In this document: positions 1 through 8,949 of the stretch, piece by piece
How the letters are laid out: every line of letters begins with the position of its first letter
Numbering within the stretch: position 1 is the stretch's first letter
Source of the DNA: Octopus sinensis
Taxonomy: Eukaryota
Assembly: GCF_006345805.1 (NCBI RefSeq)
Contig: NW_021824910.1
Span: 1-17,301, forward strand
Reading direction: 5' to 3'
Length of the DNA stretch: 17,301 nucleotides
Notes under the pieces: generated by a model
Seen by the model: the letters and a program-made list of their open reading frames with translations, nothing else
The model's database searches: none
What the model was told of the DNA's origin: nothing
Position numbers and translations under genes: made by a program

Positions 1-824
1 TAGGAGGAACCTTAAAGTAAAAAACGGATATAACACTTATCCAAATCGTAACTGTTCTTGAGAAGACCATGTTTTACACTGCAAAACATCTTTTCACACA
101 CCATCACCACCACCACCACCACCATTCTCAGCCTGGCTGGAGGTCCAGCTACCAACTTCTTTTACTACTTCTTCAGGCCAATGATATCTTGATCAAATGA
201 AAGTTTACATTGCCGTGAGGAGTTACACGTTAACACATGGAAGATTCAATCAGAATGGATATTTATCACGTCTGAGGTTCCCCTCGCTATGAAACTTATG
301 TACCTAGGATCTGATGAACTCTATTCGTAACTCTTGTATCCTTGTTCGCATACCCGGCACCCTGGTCGCCTATTTTTCACTTTACGTACTTCACGAAAAA
401 AAATCCCAACAACTTCAGTCTCAATAAACCACTATTGTCCCTGAAAGTTTTTTTTTTTATATTTACTACGGATTGCTCGAAGCTAACTTTCTTTTTTTAT
501 GACCGGAGATCAGTAATTTAATGAGTTAAAGATTTGCTATACAATCTAGGTTTAATAAAGAATAACAAGTGGTGAAGTCATATTTGTTACTTTGAAGTGA
601 ATATAACTATTGTGCATTTTATCTGAAAAAAATGACGCTAACTTTATGCAGTTCAGGAAGAGAGAGAGAGAGCTTTATAATATTTATTACTAACATGAAG
701 TATCCATCGTTTTTTAACATCGGTCATTTATATTATTGATTTTTTTAGGCATTAGCACAAGGCCACAAGGTTGTAAGGTGAAGGTTTTAAGCCATTTGAA
801 ATCACTACGAACATAATCGATATC

Positions 825-897
825 AGCTCTCAAATTTTAAATGTCGCCGTGGCTATCATTGCTTTTCGTCATTTGTCGTTTCGGGGTCAATAAACAA
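825..897 (+). mobile_element. Highly degenerate SINE central fragment (same type as 9481-9720)
   Basis: aaatgtcgccgtggctatcattgcttttcgtc...tttcggggtcaataaa resembles aaattccactgcggtcgactttgcctttcatcctttcggggtcgataga of the SINE at 9481-9720; alignment by eye only. Confidence 0.3.
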
Positions 898-984
898 GAG
901 ACCGTATATAACTGCTTCGATTCGTCTCTTCTCTCACTTTGTCTGCTTGTCTTTTTCTCTCCCAGAAGAAATTAGTTATGGTCA

Positions 985-1095
985 CACATCGAAAAGGACG
1001 GGCATCGCCAACCCTGAAAATACTCAAGATATCTGGTCAACCAATGGCACCCCTACAGCTCACTGAATGAGTTGAGGACTTTAAGGTAAAGTAAA
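985..1095 (+). mobile_element. 3' terminus of an RTE-clade LINE (short relic)
   Basis: Translates across a frameshift as K-R-T-G-I-A-N-P-E-N-T-Q-D then I-S-G-Q-P-M-A-P-L-Q-L-T-E-stop (TGA 1068-1070), followed by an aaggtaaagtaaa tail. This resembles RTE/BovB-type C-termini (KEWTG...AQDR...SS(M/V)xPxR) and their short repeated tails. Recognised from family knowledge. Confidence 0.5.
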
Positions 1096-1109
1096 TATGA
1101 TATAAGAGT

Positions 1110-1545
1110 CCATTCGTCCGTCTATCTTCATCACTCACAACTCCCGAGAGTGTCATGGAGGTAAGACACCTCGTCCACAGGGTCCAATCAGAAACAAACG
1201 GCATCAGATTCTCCGGCTTGATTCCAAAGATTGACAGAAACTAAGGATATTGTCCAACCATTCCGTTCTTTGTTCGGCTTAAACTACCCGTTTAGTGATT
1301 CTTTCCTGCGACATTTTTATCGCAAGTTCGCATACCGTGATCGTTCAATGCAGAAAATGAGTAGTTCGGCCTGAAGAGACTCTCTGATTGTTGAGCTACG
1401 CACCTATCGAATAAATTTACACCCGAGATCCTTCGACAAGCCCAGTTTCGACCCTTTGTATTCGTCACCGTAAGCTCCGGTCATTCTTACCTTATTTACA
1501 TGACAATATTTCCACATATCGGCAAATCAATTTCGATTCCATTGA
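1110..1545 (-). mobile_element. Degenerate RTE-clade (Rex3/RTE-like) LINE C-terminal fragment
   Basis: Minus-strand translation with frameshifts: MTG.LR*RIQRVETG..SRISGVNLFDRVRSSTIRESLQAELLIFCIERS...MSQERITKRVV (ATG at 1314-1312)...RTEWLDNI (1260-1246)...GIKPENLMPFVSDWTLWTRCL. This matches the post-RT region of Rex3/RTE proteins (RSRIQAAEM.FLRR..G.SLRDRVRSS.IRE.L...LLRIERSQLRW...GRPRTRW). Confidence 0.75.
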
Positions 1546-1718
1546 CCCACTTCTATGATGCTTACTCTCCTTACCCATAATTCCGAAGCACCCGTAGTTA
1601 GCAGCCAATGAAATCTAAACATTCAGTGGGTCGTTTTCACTCACTATTGCTTATTTGAGATACAACAGAGAGCTTTATTGTCTAACCTGCTTCTCCAAAC
1701 AAGGCTAAGTAGATATCA

Positions 1719-1826
1719 AATATATATATATGTATATATATATATCATATATATCTTATATATATATTATATATATATATACGTATTATATTATAATATA
1801 TATTATATATATATATATATATATAT
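1719..1826. repeat. Degenerate (TA)n microsatellite
   Basis: Directly visible; accounts for the YI-rich ORF 1678-1881. Confidence 0.95.
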
Positions 1827-1839
1827 TGAGTGTGTAATA

Positions 1840-2091
1840 CTTACCTGTTTGTGTCTGCCTTCCAATTGCTGTTTTTACTGAGATCTCCCTTTTTAGAGTA
1901 AGAAAAATAGCTATAACTCTTGACTGCTATTTCTAAATTCCGTATGTGGTAAGGCAATTCGTTGCTAAACCCTTTATTGCTTATTATTACTTAAATTTTC
2001 CTCGAATGAGGCTTTTACATGCCGAAGACTACTTGGTCATTGATAATTATTCCAAATTAATTAATTTCACCCCTTCATTATTACGGATAAC
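1840..2091 (+). repeat. ~250-bp direct repeat, copy 1
   Basis: cttacctgtttgtgtctgcc...cattattacggataac recurs at 2439-2691 with roughly 90-95% identity by eye. Confidence 0.95.
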
Positions 2092-2438
2092 CATATTTTA
2101 TCTCAGTAGATGACCACCATCATCTTGTTTTGGCTACACGCGGTGGGAAGGGGCTGTGACCAATCGTTTCATTCACATATTGAATTCGGTGATACTATTG
2201 CGCGATTCTAGCTCGCTCTGATACTGAGTTGAGTTGGTGCCTTCTAGTATCTCAAAAATTCAATATATAATCATTTATGATTATAGTATTCTACCTGACG
2301 AGAAAAAAGATTTCGGTAAGATCGAATTATTTAATATTTAATATATTAATTCTTATGGCTTTCCTAAAAACTTGATTTCGAAACGTACGTCCGTAGATAA
2401 CTTAAAAGGTATGATAGATTGCCGTCAATTCATTCTCT

Positions 2439-2691
2439 CTTACCTGTTTGTGTCTGCCTTCCAATTGCTGTTTTACTGAGATCTCCCTTTTTAGTAGAAG
2501 AAATAGCTATAACTCTTTAACTGCTATTTCTAATTCGGTATGTGGTAAGGCAAATTCGTTGCTAAAACCCTTTATTGCTTAGTATTACTTAATTTTCCTC
2601 GAATGAGGCTTTTACATGCCGAAGACTACTTGTGTGTAATTGATAATTATTCCCAATTAATTAATTTCACCCCTTCATTATTACGGATAAC
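2439..2691 (+). repeat. ~250-bp direct repeat, copy 2
   Basis: Second copy of 1840-2091, offset ~600 bp, ending in a (TA)n run. Confidence 0.95.
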
Positions 2692-2939
2692 TATATATAT
2701 ATATGTATATATATATACCATGGTTATTTCATTAAAGCCATTACTTTCAATAAAACTGGAGCGGAACAGTTTAAAATTGAAATTTTAAGCAAATTATTCA
2801 ACAATTACATAGTTGATGATTTTGAAAGGGTGTATGTATATAAAATAAAAATTCTCTTATATATTTTAACGACTCGTCTTCTCCATTTTTAACTATTGGA
2901 CTTTTTTCCATAAATTCGACACACATCGTATACAAAGAT

Positions 2940-3346
2940 ATATGTATATATGTGTACACAGATAGATAGACAGATAGATAGAGAGAGGGAGAGAGGGAGA
3001 GAGAGATGGGTGGGAGAGATAGACAGACATACAGATAATGAGACAGACGGTCAGACAGACAGATACTCTCTAACAGGCACATCTCAGATGAGAAGTTTAT
3101 GGAATAATTTTAAGTACGGTTACTCGCAACTAGTGACAGCACTTTGTTTGTGCGCCCATAAATGTGTTTGTAAATGTGTGTGTGTGTGTATGTGTGTGTG
3201 TGCAGCTCCGTTAATCATAACTGGTGACCACCGATGCGTGCATGTATGTGTGAGTGTGCGTAACCTGGTTAGTCATAGCCAGCGGCGAGTGAGGCATGTG
3301 TGTGTATACGTAGATACATACATACATACATACTTCATATATATAC

Positions 3347-3391
<45 letters not shown>

Positions 3392-3570
3392 CTTATATAT
3401 ATATTATATAATATATTACATATGTATACACGAAAGTGTATATATGATATATATATATATATCTGCTTACCCATTTGTCTGTCTGTTTGTTTGTCTGTCT
3501 GTCTGTCTATGTATTTATGTATGTATGTATGTATGTATGTATGTATGTATGTATGTATGTATGTATGTAC
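2940..3570. repeat. Microsatellite cluster: (TAGA)n, (GA)n, (CAGA)n, (TG)n, (TACA)n, (TA)n, (TCTG)n, (TATG)n
   Basis: Directly visible; explains the low-complexity ORFs 2950-3704. Confidence 0.95.
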
Positions 3571-3775
3571 CTATGTATATGCATGTATGTGCGTGTGTCT
3601 GTGTCTGTTTCTGTGTTTGTCCGTGTCTGCGTCTGTGCGTCTGTTTCTGGAGTCGATGCCAGCTCAGGAGTCTTGGCTCCGAACTGGATTTCGTAATATG
3701 TTAGCTTCGTGTCATAAATCGACATATTGCTCTTCTCGTCTGCCATCGTCTTTCACCCTGACACCCACCCAGCAT

Positions 3776-4155
3776 AGACACACACACACACATACACACA
3801 CACACACACACACCACACACCACACACACACACACATACACACGCGCACACAGTCCAATGATTGACACATGCCGCCATCCATCACCCACCATCTGCTCGC
3901 TCGTTTCCTCCATTACTGCAATGGTGACACAGCCATAAACTACAAACCAAACCTTGCATTTGACAGGCAAAACCAGTTGAAATGTGCTGCATAAAGCTGC
4001 TTCGACAGATGACCGAGGTTTGGCTTCGCAGACGCATTCCATTTCATGGTCTCGTCATCATTGCCGTGGTGTAAATGAATACACAAGCACACACACACAC
4101 ATGCATATTCAGATATATGCATTTACGAATATATAAATATGCATGCATACTTTAT

Positions 4156-4198
<43 letters not shown>

Positions 4199-4497
4199 CA
4201 CATAATATATATATAATCATGTGTATATATATGTATGTATATGCATGTATATATATGTAATATATATATACATACACTTATATAATCGTGTATATATATA
4301 TGTATGTATATGTATGTATATATATGTATATATATATATATATATATATTATTATATATATATATATATGTACCCTCACGCACATACACACATACACACA
4401 CACTCCATATATACCTAGATAAATTGTTTGAGTGAGTGGCATGTATATGTATTACATTTGCTAACACAAAACAGATGATATATATATATATATATAT
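3776..4497. repeat. (CA)n array (3776-3850) and degenerate (TA)n/(CA)n array (4081-4497)
   Basis: Directly visible; the two arrays flank a non-repetitive island at ~3851-4075. Confidence 0.9.
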
Positions 4498-4579
4498 GAA
4501 CTGGTACCCTATCATTTACGACAAAGAGAGATTCAGTCAATGACACAACCTGCTCGAGAAATTAACGAGTGTGTTTCTA

Positions 4580-4654
4580 TGTTTTCAGGATGTCGTTCAT
4601 TTTGGGATCTCTAGTTAGTAAAGTGATCCAAAAATGAACGACATCCTGAAAACA
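4580..4654. repeat. 30-bp inverted repeat (29/30 identical) with 15-nt spacer at the 5' truncation of the Penelope-like element
   Basis: tgttttcaggatgtcgttcattttgggatc (4580-4609) versus gatccaaaaatgaacgacatcctgaaaaca (4625-4654). Confidence 0.95.
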
Positions 4655-5151
4655 CAAACTCATCAAATGCCAAAAAACAAGACAAATCGCTAATGAGACT
4701 ACTAACAAATGCGAAGATTTACAAAACAACCGCGAAACCAACGGTTGAAAAATGTGGACGCCCATATTGTGGAACCTGCCCCAACTAACTTGAAGGCTCG
4801 GATTTCCTTTTCAAACAAGGACAGAGGTTCACAATTAAAACTAGTTTCACTTGTGCCTCTGAGAACCTAATTTATGTAATAACCTGCTCGGGTTGCGGAC
4901 ACAACTATATTGGACAAACGAGTATGACCTTGAGAAAGAGAACCACTCTACATAAAGAGCAAATCCGTTTTCCGCAATACAAGCAAATTCCTTTTAGTGA
5001 ACATATAGAAAAACATGCAGATAACATCAAACCAAATTTTTCAGTCTTCTCCTTCTACCATTGCAAAGACACAATATCTCCACAAGAACGTTTAAATAAA
5101 GAATCTTTTTACATTGAAAAATACAGAACACGTGTTAATATGCACGCATAA
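4622..5151 (+). mobile_element. 5'-truncated Penelope-like element: linker plus GIY-YIG endonuclease
   Basis: Frame +1 reads DKSLMRLLTNAK...CGRPYCGTCPN*(TAA 4786-4788)...FTCASENLIYVITCSGCGHNYIGQTSMTLRKRTTLHKEQI...SEH...RLNKESFYIEKYRTRVN. It has the Cys cluster, the LIY...YIG pair, the catalytic Arg and the C-terminal Glu and Asn typical of Penelope-type GIY-YIG nucleases. The RT domain is absent. Confidence 0.9.
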
Positions 5152-5610
5152 CAAACTTTTATCTTTTTACATATTTGAATTCGCTATTACATCACTGTAT
5201 ATAAATCCCCTCACTAAACAAGGTTTTAAAAACTTGTTTCGTCGGTATATAAATAAATAAATAAATATATATATATATATGTATATATGTATTCCCCTCC
5301 CATTACCGAAAGCTGAACAGTTATCTCCAGTTATCTCCCTTACCCACAACAATAACAATAATAACGATAACCGATTACCTCCCCTTATTCATCTACTTGT
5401 GGAGTCATTCACTCGTAAATATCATCACACACAGCATGGACAAAATTTCTTCTTAAGAAAAAATACATATTCAAATAAGTAAAATATAATATCATGAATA
5501 GCGATAGCGAAACCGGTCGATATATTAAAAATTATATTAAAACTAAGTAAGTGTGCGTATTTTCCTTACAACTCACTACGTGGGGATAATCCAAATTCCT
5601 CCTTCTGTTA
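5152..5610 (+). mobile_element. Probable 3' non-coding (pLTR-like) region of the Penelope-like element, interrupted by (TA)n at ~5247-5290
   Basis: Lies directly after the nuclease stop and contains a hammerhead-like GAAACCGGTC motif; the right boundary is uncertain. Confidence 0.4.
5489..5525 (+). ncRNA. Decayed minimal type I hammerhead ribozyme (probably inactive)
   Basis: atatc-atga-ata-gcga-tagc-GAAAC-CG-GTC-gatat. Stem I is 5 bp (atatc/gatat), stem II has a GCGA tetraloop remnant, and stem III is the palindromic GAAACCGGTC. The CUG of CUGANGA is missing. Minimal hammerheads are known in Penelope pLTRs. Confidence 0.4.
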
Positions 5611-5615
5611 TTACT

Positions 5616-5657
5616 TATATATAAATATATCTTATATATTATATATATATATATAAT

Positions 5658-5688
<31 letters not shown>

Positions 5689-6227
5689 TATATATAATAT
5701 ATATATATATATAATATATATATATAAAGGTATTAATAATAATAGCGTTTGTCTTATTAACTGATGAGATGCCGGAGAATCCTTCTACCTTCGTCGTGTT
5801 CGTTTCTTTAGAGATGGTACGAAACGATTTCTTTTGTCCCTCTTTGTTTCAAATCTCCTTAATATTAATCTTTGTGGTTAATTACTGTATTATCGAAATA
5901 TATTCTGAATTAAGCATTTAGAATAAGCAGTAAGCAACGGTAAAGGATTATACGAATTTTTATTTGTACCTTTTTTTGCCCTTTTTTGCCTTCTTATGTA
6001 TGTATGTATGCATGTTTGTTTATACGTATATATGATTGAATGTATGTATGTATGTATGTAGTATGTATGTACGTATGTATGCATGCATGTATGTATGTAT
6101 GTTTCTATCTATCTCGCTCTATCCCCCCCTCTCTCTCCCTCTATCTATCTATTTATCTGTCTATCTATCGGTTTATCTCTCCCTCTCTCTTTATCTCTCC
6201 TCTCTCTTTATCTCTCCTCTCTCTTTC

Positions 6228-6286
<59 letters not shown>

Positions 6287-6350
6287 TATATATCTGTCTG
6301 TCTGTCTGTTAGTCAGTTAGTCAGTCTGTGTGACTTCTGTCTCTCTATCT
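5616..6350. repeat. Microsatellites: (TA)n 5616-5727; (TATG)n, (TC)n, (TA)n, (TCTG)n 5994-6350
   Basis: Directly visible. Confidence 0.9.
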
Positions 6351-6629
6351 ATCTGACTGATTTTCTTTCCTCTCCCTTTATACTTAAGGTGCTTCCACAT
6401 GTATCTATTTTCCCCCTTTTTCCGAAGCAGAGCTAAACTGATGGATTTCGCTTCCATGTAAATTCTACAACTACCGTTACTACTGCTGCTGCCGCCACCG
6501 CTGCTGCTGCTCTAACCCTACAAAATACCACTGCGATTTGTAAATCACCCTGCTCCCTGTTTGTTAGAAACCTTATCATTAAAACCACAAAAGGAACGGC
6601 ATTTAGGATCAAATTATGAGATTACATTA

Positions 6630-6736
6630 CTTTTCTTCCTCCCTCTCTCTCTTCTCTTCTTCCCTTTCCTTTCTTCCTTCCTTTCTTCTTCTCTTTTCCT
6701 TTCGTTCTTTTTTCTTTCTGCTTTTCATCCATTCTG

Positions 6737-6795
<59 letters not shown>

Positions 6796-6796
6796 T

Positions 6797-6827
<31 letters not shown>

Positions 6828-6985
6828 GTTTTCTTTTTCCTTTCTTTCTCTTTCAATTGTTCTTTCTCCCTTTCTTTCGTTCTTTCTTTCTTTCTTCCTC
6901 TTTCACTTGTTCATCATTCATTTTTCTTGTTTGTTTGTTTGTTTCTCTTTTTTCATTCATTCATTTATTCATTGTTTCTTTTTTT
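6630..6985. repeat. Long polypyrimidine tract, core (TTTC)n
   Basis: Directly visible; explains the F/L/S-rich ORFs 6561-7004. Confidence 0.95.
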
Positions 6986-7221
6986 ATTAGCCGATCCCGA
7001 ATGAAATAAATTCATATGAAACCATTTTTGATACGGTGGGCCGGGTGGGGAGTTCGGTCCCTATTTGTTCAGAAAGCCCATCAATAAAGGTTCAGTCATC
7101 TTCATATAGACTTGAACCTTGGATGATAGAGTTAACCCGGCACCTGACACCTTGCTACTGAGCAGAATATTTGCTGTAGCCCATCTTTTATACCAAGACG
7201 GAATAGGTACATGATAACACT

Positions 7222-7287
7222 ATTATTATTATTATTTATATTATTATTATTATTATAATTATTATTATTATTATTATCTTATTATTA

Positions 7288-7319
<32 letters not shown>

Positions 7320-7330
7320 GTATTATTATA
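7222..7330. repeat. (ATT)n array
   Basis: Directly visible; abuts the 3' end of the minus-strand LINE. Confidence 0.95.
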
Positions 7331-7334
7331 TTTT

Positions 7335-8845
7335 TATTTTTGCACATTAATTTTCTGCTTGGATTTTCCAGTTGCCTTAAGAAGTTTTGAAGTTTCAATG
7401 GGATTGAGCCAAACGCTCTGATAACCACTGGTATCACTTTTACATTACCCTCGCGCATTCCATACAGTCTTGCCATTTCCACTTTCAATTCGGAGTACTA
7501 AGTGATTTTTTCCACCTCTTTACTCACAACATTCATGTCATTTGGTATGGCTACATCTATGATCTGACAGTATTTGTCGTAAGCCTTTTAGAAGTCTATC
7601 CAAGCCATGCATAATTTTTTTTTGGTACCGTTAACAGTTCTTCATTATAACCTTGTCTATCACAGGTGGTCCTTGGTGCCCTTTGCTCCTTTTTGGCATC
7701 CCTTATGTTCTACTATCAGTAGATTGTTTTCCACAAGGACGTATATATTTTTCCTGCGAAGATACCTATTAATAATTTCCATAGTAGGTTAAGACAAGCA
7801 ATGGGTCGGTAATTGCCAACTTCATTGCCCTTTGACCAATCTTTCATTAACAATGTTGTTATTCTTCCCTCAACCATCCACTCCGGGAAGGCACCGCTCT
7901 GTAGGCAATTGTCTAATTGCAACGCAATTCTCTTGTGTATTGACCTAAACCAGTAACATTGAACCAGTAACCTTGAATTCCGTCCCGCCCTACTGCTTTC
8001 CAATTTGGCAGTTTTGATATCTGTGCAATGATATTGTTATGCGCACATGGTCCTGTCGCGGAACCTCCAGGTGATGGAATTCGGATTTCACGGAACGAAT
8101 CCACTCGGCACTGCAGTTATGCGTAACTTCTTGCTCCTAGATGTGATTCCAAAATTAGCGGGTTTCTTCTGCTTCACGGGGTGTATTATATTCTGTATTC
8201 CTTCATAAGCCCTTAAAAAACTGCCTCTGGTTTGCTGCACCTTTAATGCTTTAGCCCGCACGTGTTGTTTTAGGATTTTGATGAGTTTTAAACCATTTCT
8301 CTTCTATTTGGCACTTCGCATCAAGGTATGCCTTTGCATTTTCTTTTCCATTTTCCCATTGCTCTTTGGACCACTCTTCTATGCGGCTCAGATCTTTGGG
8401 CAAAGTTAGAATATCGCCTTCAATTCTCCGCTTCCACCATCTACTTTCCTCTCTTTCTTTCCAACCAGTTCACCTACTAAACCTGAAGCGAATCTGATCA
8501 AGTCCCTTGTTTCCGTTAGATCTTTTGTCAGAATGTATTTCAACATCTTATCCACAATTTGGGTCGCGTATTTCACATTGTTACGGTCGAAGCTTCTTAG
8601 ATTCACGGCTTGGTGTCTGTTCTTGTAACCATTATATCCTCGAGTGTTTTCCTGAGGTTTCTCTGTTCCTCAGTTATATCCTCTCTTTTTTCAGGAGTTT
8701 TCTACATTATATTGATTGGCCGGCCTCTCCTCCACAACGCATTCGCTAATTTTCACCTATGTTATTCTCGAGATTCTCAACTCAACAGAGGCTTTTCCTG
8801 ATTATATGCATCTGGGCCTCATTAACACAGCCTCTATTTCGAATT
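7335..8845 (-). mobile_element. Internally deleted R4/Dong-like non-LTR retrotransposon (RT plus restriction-like endonuclease), degenerate
   Basis: Minus-strand peptides in order: LRSFDRNNVKYATQIVDKMLKYILTKDLTETRDLI; EETR*FWNHI..QEVTHNCSAEW; KLPNWKAVGRDGIQGYWF; FPEWMVEGR..LLMKDWSKGNEVGNYRPIACLNLLWKLL; EHKGCQKGAKGTKDHL; MAWIDF*KAYD; then directly KYCQIIDVAIPNDMNVVSKEVEKIT*YSELKVEMARL...KVIPVVI.A.GSIP. These are RT motifs 0-3 and the C-terminal half of the RLE domain of R2-group/R4-Dong elements. Many stops and frameshifts. Confidence 0.9.
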
Positions 8846-8859
8846 AATTAATTAATTAA

Positions 8860-8871
8860 TTTTTTTATTTA

Positions 8872-8937
<66 letters not shown>

Positions 8938-8948
8938 CATCATCATCA
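8860..8948. repeat. (ATT)n-(ATC)n array; the (AAT)n-type tail of the adjacent minus-strand LINE
   Basis: Directly visible; follows the LINE 3' UTR on the minus strand. Confidence 0.9.
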
Positions 8949-8949
8949 T

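Noticed and set aside
125-200. Minus-strand peptide ...KKLVAGPPARLRM, vaguely like an RTE C-terminus
   Set aside because: Too short and interrupted by stops to support a call.
305-343. Hammerhead-like aggatCTGATGAactctattCGTAACtcttGTAtcct
   Set aside because: GAAA is mutated, stem II cannot form and stem I is out of register; too many defects to distinguish from chance.
3205-3275. Possible degenerate fragment of the 11947-12328 SINE body (tgaccaccgatgc...cgtaacctggttag)
   Set aside because: Only two short patches match and the alignment is not convincing by eye.
5216-5239. Near-perfect 24-bp palindrome aaacaaggttttaaaaacttgttt
   Set aside because: AT-rich and short; expected occasionally at this composition.
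6630-6985. Hydrophobic, membrane-protein-like ORFs (147 and 124 aa)
   Set aside because: Artefact of the (TTTC)n tract; the tract may form triplex DNA, but that is generic for such repeats.
7035-7050. G-rich ggtgggccgggtgggg as a G-quadruplex
   Set aside because: Only three runs of three or more G.
7150-7210. Possible upstream fragment of the same repeat family as 13393-13714
   Set aside because: Rests on memory of the family; within the window only a 10-mer (gtagcccatc) is shared.
8655-8673. Minus-strand CTGAGGA-acaga-GAAAC hammerhead-like core
   Set aside because: Lies within LINE coding sequence and has no stem II; coincidental.
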